NCBI RefSeq assembly: GCF_009914755.1
Contig: NC_060929.1
DNA: 64,000 bases
Source: the human T2T-CHM13v2.0 reference genome, Homo sapiens
Reading direction: 5' to 3' (one strand)
Position 1 is the stretch's first letter. Each line of letters starts with the position of its first letter. This document shows positions 56,913 to 64,000 of the stretch, one piece after another. Made by a program: the position numbers and the translations under genes. The notes beneath the pieces were generated by a model. It made no database searches and was not told the origin of the DNA. It saw nothing but the letters and a program-made list of their open reading frames with translations.

Positions 56913-57471
56913 GTAATAGTAGTATTATTTTTTATACTAGGTTAATTTTTTAAATTGCATTATCTTTTTTTGTTTGTTTGTTTGTTTCATTTAGCCAGTA
57001 ACAGATATTTATCTTCTGTGTCTATAAATCCAGTCTCCATACAAATTTTCTATCTAAAGTACATTTTTTAACAATTTTGTAAATGCATAAATTTAAAGTA
57101 GTTGTAAAAAAATTCTGTGTAAATGTATTATGCTGACATTGCTGTTGTAAAAATATTTTCCTACATAGTGACAGACTGAATATTTTAAAACCACACTTAC
57201 AGCAATGAAGACACCATGAAATATAGAGTGAGAGCTGAAGGAATTTGTAAAGTGGTGGTTTAGTTTAATCACATCTTTCTGCACAGTGAAAAATCAGAAT
57301 AGCTTGCGTATTGTGTAACTCCTCAACATGACATGATTTCAAAATATCCCTTAATTCTTTTTCAGAGGAGATGGAATCACCTAAAGGGTAGTTTTATACC
57401 AAAACTTATGAATGCTTGGTAAATAGCATACTAAGTATCATAATATTTTTTAAATTACAACTTTCTTTCAG

Positions 57472-57542
57472 AATTAAGAAAAACAAATGACATTAACTGT
57501 TGCTTATCCATAAAATCCAAATTACAAAAGGAAAATGGGGAG
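57472..57542 (+). CDS. PARP8: PARP8 coding exon (71 nt; (E)LRKTNDINCCLSIKSKLQKENGE)
   Basis: ctttctttcAG acceptor, GAG|GTatgt donor, phase 1 to 0, in frame with both neighbours. Confidence 0.95.
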
Positions 57543-59000
57543 GTATGTAAATTATATTTTTTATTTTCTTGAAACAGTATAGATATATTTAAAATTTACT
57601 GGGTTTTTGTAGTTAATAGCATCATTAGTGAGACTAAAATGGTATATGGTGAATGAAACTCAAGCTAATGGCTCAGGGGTGTTTGGTATGGTAGGAAGTG
57701 GCCTAAAATTAACTCTGAGAAGAAAGTTCCCCTTAAAATCATAGAAAGAAATGTCTGGTTTAAATCTAAATAAAATGTATATAAAGCTTAATTTATTCTG
57801 TATTCTTTCATCAAACACTGTAATTAGCTGAGGAACATTATGTAACTGATTTATAACTGCACGTGGCTATACATAATTTTGATGGGATCCTTAAAATTTT
57901 AAAAGATGATTTCTTTAGCCAAAGTAACACTGAGGTTGTACATAGTCTTATTTTCTGTCAGTATTTAAAAACACAAACTCATCTTTTCTCTCCATTTCCA
58001 AAGACTTTACTTGAATCTATAAATAAATATCAGGATATTAAACAAACAAAATGAGTGCAATAGGACCAGCAGTTCTTTGCTTTCAAAATTATGCATTTGA
58101 TCCAATCCTCCTCTTCCTGTTAGTGTTGCACCATTCATTGTTCCCTTCTTTATCCACATTGAGAATTATTGGTTGAACAAAAGGATTGCTGAAACCAGAA
58201 ATGGTTAGAATTTTATAAAACCCAAATTTCCTTTTGCATATTTTTTTGTTTGTTTTCCTTAAGAACTTGAAATTCAGTGTAGAAGTTTAGGGATGGTTAC
58301 AAAACACTGGATGAATGGATTCCTGTGTCCAAATACCTACATTTCTCCTGTGTTAATAGGGCCAGTGATAGGAATACCCCCATGAATTTTCATTGTTTGT
58401 ACTTCAGACACATGGCAGATGTGGCTCAGTTAATTAGAAACTCAAATTTCAAGTTGAAGCATATTAAATTAAATACCCTTTTGAAATCTGAATTCTGAAA
58501 CAAATAATTTCTGTATATCAAAAGTTCTCATATGTTTCATATTTATTTTCATAATTTGATTATATATTATTGCATTTAAAGTTTCTTTTTTTTCATACCA
58601 TTGTTTAGAGTTGGCAGGGGAAGTGAGAACAGCCTGGGACAAATAATGCTGAGGAGCTTTTTAATAAAATTGAATTAGTATAAGCTTGCCAAATGTTTTA
58701 TCAGAGCAAAACTGAAGGTATAATTGATTATACATAAGTTTTTAATATACATCAAATATTGAATTGTGCATTTCCTGTAAAATCAGTGAAAGAGAACTTT
58801 TAAAACAGGTGTGCTGCTGAATACACTCACAAAGCCATTTGTCTCCCACTACCTTTTGTTCTGGGGTTTTACTGCACCAAGATGTTTTATATATAAAATC
58901 CATAATATATGCTCAAGACTTGCCTATTATAGTCACTTGCTATTTTAGAAAGGTAAAATAATTTGACCATTAAATTGTTTTCTTACTTTATTATTTTAAG

Positions 59001-59078
59001 GAATCAAGACAGAATAGTACAGTGGAGGAAGATTCTGAAGGTGACAATGATTCCGAAGAATTTTATTACGGAGGGCAG
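59001..59078 (+). CDS. PARP8: PARP8 coding exon (78 nt; ESRQNSTVEEDSEGDNDSEEFYYGGQ)
   Basis: ttattttaAG acceptor, CAG|GTaagg donor, phase 0/0. The acidic DSEGDNDSEEF motif resembles the start of the paralogue PARP6 (DSEGDNESEEF). Confidence 0.96.
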
Positions 59079-60327
59079 GTAAGGAAACCTGGTCTTCCAA
59101 ATACCTAGTCTTAAAGTTCTAATAGCCATGTTGTCCTAGTGGTAATCTGTGCCTGAGAGTTAAGGGACCTGTGTGTTGTTCAGGGTTCTGTAACTAACTA
59201 GAAAATCTATATAATTTATCTTTGCACATTTTCTACCTATTTTTAGAAATTAAGGTTCCCCTGCAGTCCTTTCAATTGTAATCATTTATTTACATTGAAG
59301 TCATCTTAATTCATTACAGCGATTTTGCAGATAGTATTTTATTATGCTTTTGACTTGAATTTCTTAAGCATGTTGTGTTCAGTCACTATTCTGAGATAAT
59401 GACACTTGTAATAAAAGTGTATATTGTTAGTTTTAAATAGAAGCTGGTTAACCTTTATTAAATTTGATGGGCCCACATTACTGAGCATCTTCATCATTTG
59501 TTTATTTGTATTCACTGCCATTGAATTCTTGGTGTTGAAAAATTGTTATGAAGAATCATCATAATTTAAATATATGAGAATAGCCTAGCCACATATATAA
59601 AAGAACTCATCAGAATTTTTCAGGATAATGTTAAAATTTAAAACTGAGCAATTGATTTTAGGGTGTGGCTGTATAATATGTGGTTCTGTTTCTATAAACT
59701 CCTTGAGCAAATGTGCTTTATAAGTTGGATAGTATAATGGGAGGGCAATATGTTAAAGAAGGACGTTAAAGCCAAAATTATGTAAAAGAATGCAAGTAAA
59801 TTTATTTATTCAGAATGAAAAATTAGCAATTTGTCAATCAAGCATGTGCAAGGCTACAGAGAGATGGATATAATAAAACGGGCTTTCCTCTCTCCAGGAA
59901 TGTCTTTCTAGCAATAAGATAGTTTTCCCAACGAAATGATTCCTTTACCAGTATAACATTTTAACATTATGCAAAATCATTCCTGTTTGATTTTTGTTTA
60001 CACAACTAATTCTTACAGAGGGGAAGTAAATGCTTTTCTTCAGTCTTGATGTTCATTCTAGAAGTTTTTTAGATTATCTGCCAGACATTTACTTCACTAG
60101 TTTTTTACATTTGCTTTTTCTTTGTATTAATATAAACTAACTTTAAGTTCCAACCATAATCAATTTTTCTAGTCATATGTGAACCTAAGGATATTAGTGA
60201 ATATATTACTTTATTGAAGCTAAAAATGCCCATGGCAAAATGCACAGGGAGACCTGTCTCAAAAGGTTGCTTAAGTTTTTGATTCTGTTCACTTCTGAGA
60301 CACTTTTAAATTATCCCTTTTCATCAG

Positions 60328-60422
60328 GTGAACTATGATGGGGAACTGCACAAGCACCCACAACTGGAAGCTGATTTGTCAGCAGTTAGAGAGATATATG
60401 GGCCACATGCAGTTTCTCTCAG
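60328..60422 (+). CDS. PARP8: PARP8 coding exon (95 nt; VNYDGELHKHPQLEADLSAVREIYGPHAVSL(R))
   Basis: cccttttcatcAG acceptor, CAG|GTaaat donor, phase 0 to 2. HPQLEADLSAVREIYG resembles PARP6 HPQLDADIEAVKEIYS. Confidence 0.96.
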
Positions 60423-62161
60423 GTAAATAAGTATCACTGGTGAATAAAATTAAAGTTTTATGGTAAGTCATTGAAATTTACTTTTGGAGTAATTTAAAGG
60501 AAAAATTTGGGGTTTTAATTGTATTTTAAAGTGTTTTAGAAAGAGTCTACTGTTTATCCTTACACAAAATGACATATTTATGGCTATTTTTTTGATACAT
60601 GTGGTTTAAGATTACATTGATTGCATTAAAAATTATTTTGGAGAGTTAGTTTGAAGACATATCAATCTTAAGTAGTGTCATAATTAATTCCTAGAATAGA
60701 TTTGGCCAGCTGGGCCCATGCTGTTATCATAAATCATGGCCACATGCTTGTGAAGGATAAAAGTAAATGATGCCTACCCACTGGTATCCAAATTACATTG
60801 TCATCTGGTCCCTAAAAAAAAAAAAAGTGTAACTTTGCACAGTACTTGTTTGAATGATCATGTATTTTATTCTGTAGTTACCTAATATATTATTTGGTGA
60901 TAAATTTACACATCATTTTTATTGCTTTTAATACTTCAGAAGACCCCACCATCCTTACTTTTCTTTTTTCTCCTTAATGTAAGAAAAAGCTTTTTCTGCC
61001 ACCATAATAGTTTCCAGGAGTCAGCTCTGGTTATTTCAGATTTCCATTCTTTGCCTACACTGTAGTCTTGAAGTCTCCATGGAATTCCAGACCCCTTTCG
61101 TAGCCTGACCTCAGTCTGGCCCCTTTATGCTCCCAGACTACCCAGATATGTCATATTCCCGCTTCACGTTGGGCATTTGCATAAGCCGTTCTTTGATCAA
61201 GGAATGCGGCTCTTCAAATCCCACTGCTGTCTGTATTTAAGCCCCAGTCCATGGGTCAGCTTCTCTCTGAGCCTTCTTGGAATCTCCAGTGCAGATAAGT
61301 TACTCTGTTCTCTGGACTTCCATCACATTTGGCTCTTACCTTGTTTATTATTCGTCTCATGTCTTTTAATTATTTGGCTTACGTCTCCCCCTGTAGACTG
61401 AATTCAGTGAATGGTTGGGCAGTGCTTTTTCTTGTTCGTTTTGTTTTGGTTTGGTTTTTAATTCTTCATGTATTCTGGTACCATCATGGGACATGCATGA
61501 AATATAGGCTGCCGGCTTCCTGATTATTTTCAGTGGCACCATCTGAAAAAAGACATTCACATTATCTGGTTGTAACTTCTTCAATGGACATATGCATATT
61601 TTGAGAGGGCAAACAAGTAATTTCAATTGGGAAGTATGGCACAGCTGTAATTTATAATTGCCAAACATTTTATTTTAACTGCAGAAATAGAAACTCCCTA
61701 CCATCTGCAGCCTAAGATAAACTGGGATTGTGTACCCAGGCTGTCTCTGTTCTATTCATGAAGGTATATTAGGCTACAATTGAGTGAAAGTGTTGGGATT
61801 ATATTTGGAAAAGCAAGTCTTCTCTTTGCAGACTTCAAAGTTTTAGCAAATTAGCTGCAATAATTTTACATTGATCTCTGTTATGGCTCCAGATTAGGTA
61901 ATATGCATATTTATAAGTGTTATAGAATGCATATATGAAGAAGGCAATTGGGACTATCAATACATAGTCCAAAACAATGGCTGTGTTTTTTTCTTTTTTT
62001 TTTTTTTTAACAGTAATTGAACTTTGCTTGAAAGCTTAAAACTTTAATTTTAAGCACAATAATCTACATCTCGATATACACCAAAATATGTCTATGGGAT
62101 ATAACAATCATAATACAACATAGACTTCAACTTCTTTTTTTTTGAAATATATATTTTGGTT

Positions 62162-62460
62162 GCTGGGCGCGGTGGCTCATGCCTGTAATCCTAGCACTTT
62201 GGGAGGCCGAGGAGGGCAGATCCCCTGAGGTTGGGAGTTTGAGACCAGCCTGCCCAACATGGAGAAACCCCATCTCTACTAACAATACAAAATTAGCCGG
62301 GCATGGTGACAGGTGCCGGTAAACCCAGCTACTCGAGAAGGCTGAGGCAGAAGAATCGCTTGAACTCAGGGGGCGGAGGTTGCAGTGAGCTGAGATCGTG
62401 GCATTGCACTCCAGCCTGGGCAACAAGAGCGAAACTCCGTCTCAAAAAAAAAAAGAAAGA
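62162..62460 (+). mobile_element. Alu (AluSp-like)
   Basis: gaggttgggag, atggagaaacccc and ggcaacaagagcgaaactcc diagnostics; TSD-like GAAATAT..TTT(G)GTT. Confidence 0.92.
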
Positions 62461-64000
62461 AATATTTTTGTTTAGTGGACAACTTTAGCACATGTTTATT
62501 TCTTTTATAGTTAAATATTTTTCTAAAACATCTTTCCATGCTGTCTAGGCCCCAGTCATATTGCCATGTATAGATGAAGGTCTTTTTTTGTTCCTTCACC
62601 AAGCATTTGTTAAGTACCTATGATGGTCTGTATCAGTATTTTCTATTATTAATTAAGTTAGTGATAATTGTTAGCTGCTGAAATTAGATTAAAAAATGTT
62701 TGGAAATTCAGTCAAATGAAGTATCTAAAGTCATATCAGTGTTTTGAATTTTTTCCCCTTAACCCTTTTCACTTGTAATAGTTTTGATCCAGTTTAAATC
62801 TTAATGAATGTAAGCCATGTTCCTGCCTGCTCTAGATTTTCTCTAGCTGTAGAGGATATTTCCAAAATAAATATCTTCCTAGAGTCTTCATGGTACAAAG
62901 GTGAATCACAGCAGGACTAGTTTGATTTACTTAAATGGGAATGAATTTACTGTCTAGTTTCAAATACTTAGGCTTGGATTCAAGGGAAAAGAGGTGGGTA
63001 GTTAGGCAGAAGGTCTTGAAATCATCTTCCTTGCAAAGTTCTAAGTCTGTTGAAAACAGACTGTTCTAATTAGCTGTTCTTTTACCTAATTGGGGCTTAC
63101 AAGAACTTAATGAAGTTTGAAGAGCAAAAGTAACTCAATATGCACAACAGGCTATTAGGAGTAATTTTTTTTTTTAAAGCAACGTCTAATGAGAAAGGCA
63201 GCTAACCACATCTAAGTTCTCTGTAAGAGATGGAAGTAACTGAGATTGCCTAGGCAAAATCCTGAGATTATTGAGGCAAAATCCTCTTAAAGAAGGCTGA
63301 AAGAAGGTGTAGAAAAAGTGAGTGATGATAGATATATTACTTAAGTAGGTAATGACAATTCTACCTCACCATTCTATCCAAAAGCCTACTACTGGCTGTT
63401 GAATCATACATGTAAACATTGATGATAATTCTGATTTATAGTCTTTTGTATAGGAAGTGAGTTAGGTCTTGGGGCAACATGAACTTTGCGATCAGTCTGA
63501 ATAAGTCTCATCTTGAATCATTCAACAAAACGCATTTTATGTTTTTCATTGTAAATGTACCTCCCTATATATTTATGAAAATAAAATTGATCAGTGTCAT
63601 TGGAAAATAAATTGAAATTAGTATTTTTAGAAAGGGAATTACAGATCAGAAAATTCATATTTGTTTAGGAAAGAAATGATTCTGATAGTTTCTTTGTGAA
63701 ATTTAAAACTTCCATTTAATATAAAATATTCTTTACCTTATTATCATGCCATCTTTCATTTAGAAAATTTAAGTCATATGAGTAATAGTCTAACCTTTTT
63801 ATTGTGACTAATGCTTAATGTAGGCTGGAAGCTTCTAAAATTGTGACTGTTCTATTGTGACTGTTCTATTGTGAATAGTCAACTGTTGTGACTATTTCGA
63901 TCACTTTTTGTGCACAGACAATTGTAATTGGGCCTTTTGAGGGTAACGTTTGGGAAATGAGCATTCTGAGAATTTGGGGTGGCTTAAGGAACGTATATCA

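Noticed and set aside
54376-58194. Identical 17-mer CAAAAGGATTGCTGAAA at 54376 and 58178
   Set aside because: Roughly expected by chance among all position pairs in 64 kb of AT-rich DNA, and part of it is L1 consensus.

Overview
AT-rich primate (human-like) genomic DNA lying entirely inside the PARP8 gene on the + strand. About 47 kb of one very long intron is followed by five short coding exons (47311-47348, 56823-56912, 57472-57542, 59001-59078, 60328-60422). These splice in frame via canonical AG/GT sites to ...SVSYSVHVSEDYPDNTYVSSSENDEDVLVTTEPIPVIFHRIATELRKTNDINCCLSIKSKLQKENGEESRQNSTVEEDSEGDNDSEEFYYGGQVNYDGELHKHPQLEADLSAVREIYGPHAVSL(R)..., the N-terminal part of PARP8 as I recall it. The rest is typical repeat-rich intron: about 16 Alu copies or fragments, L1s of several ages (including a 2.2-kb L1PA ORF2 remnant that accounts for the only long ORFs), MaLR/ERV LTRs, MER DNA transposons, L2/MIR relics and microsatellites. 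Almost all ORF-track entries are spurious. I do not see a new multi-gene system. The most interesting sequence-supported signals are: (1) an L1 3' transduction (~270 bp of foreign DNA between two poly(A) tails, TSD-flanked, inside an MLT1D LTR); (2) inverted Alus bracketing the exon cluster, with the five-exon circle being a 372-nt stop-free in-frame loop; (3) a candidate recursive splice site and several candidate poison exons in the long intron; (4) a perfect 22-bp palindrome centred on CACGTG. Repeat subfamily names were assigned by eye from remembered consensus sequences and need RepeatMasker confirmation.
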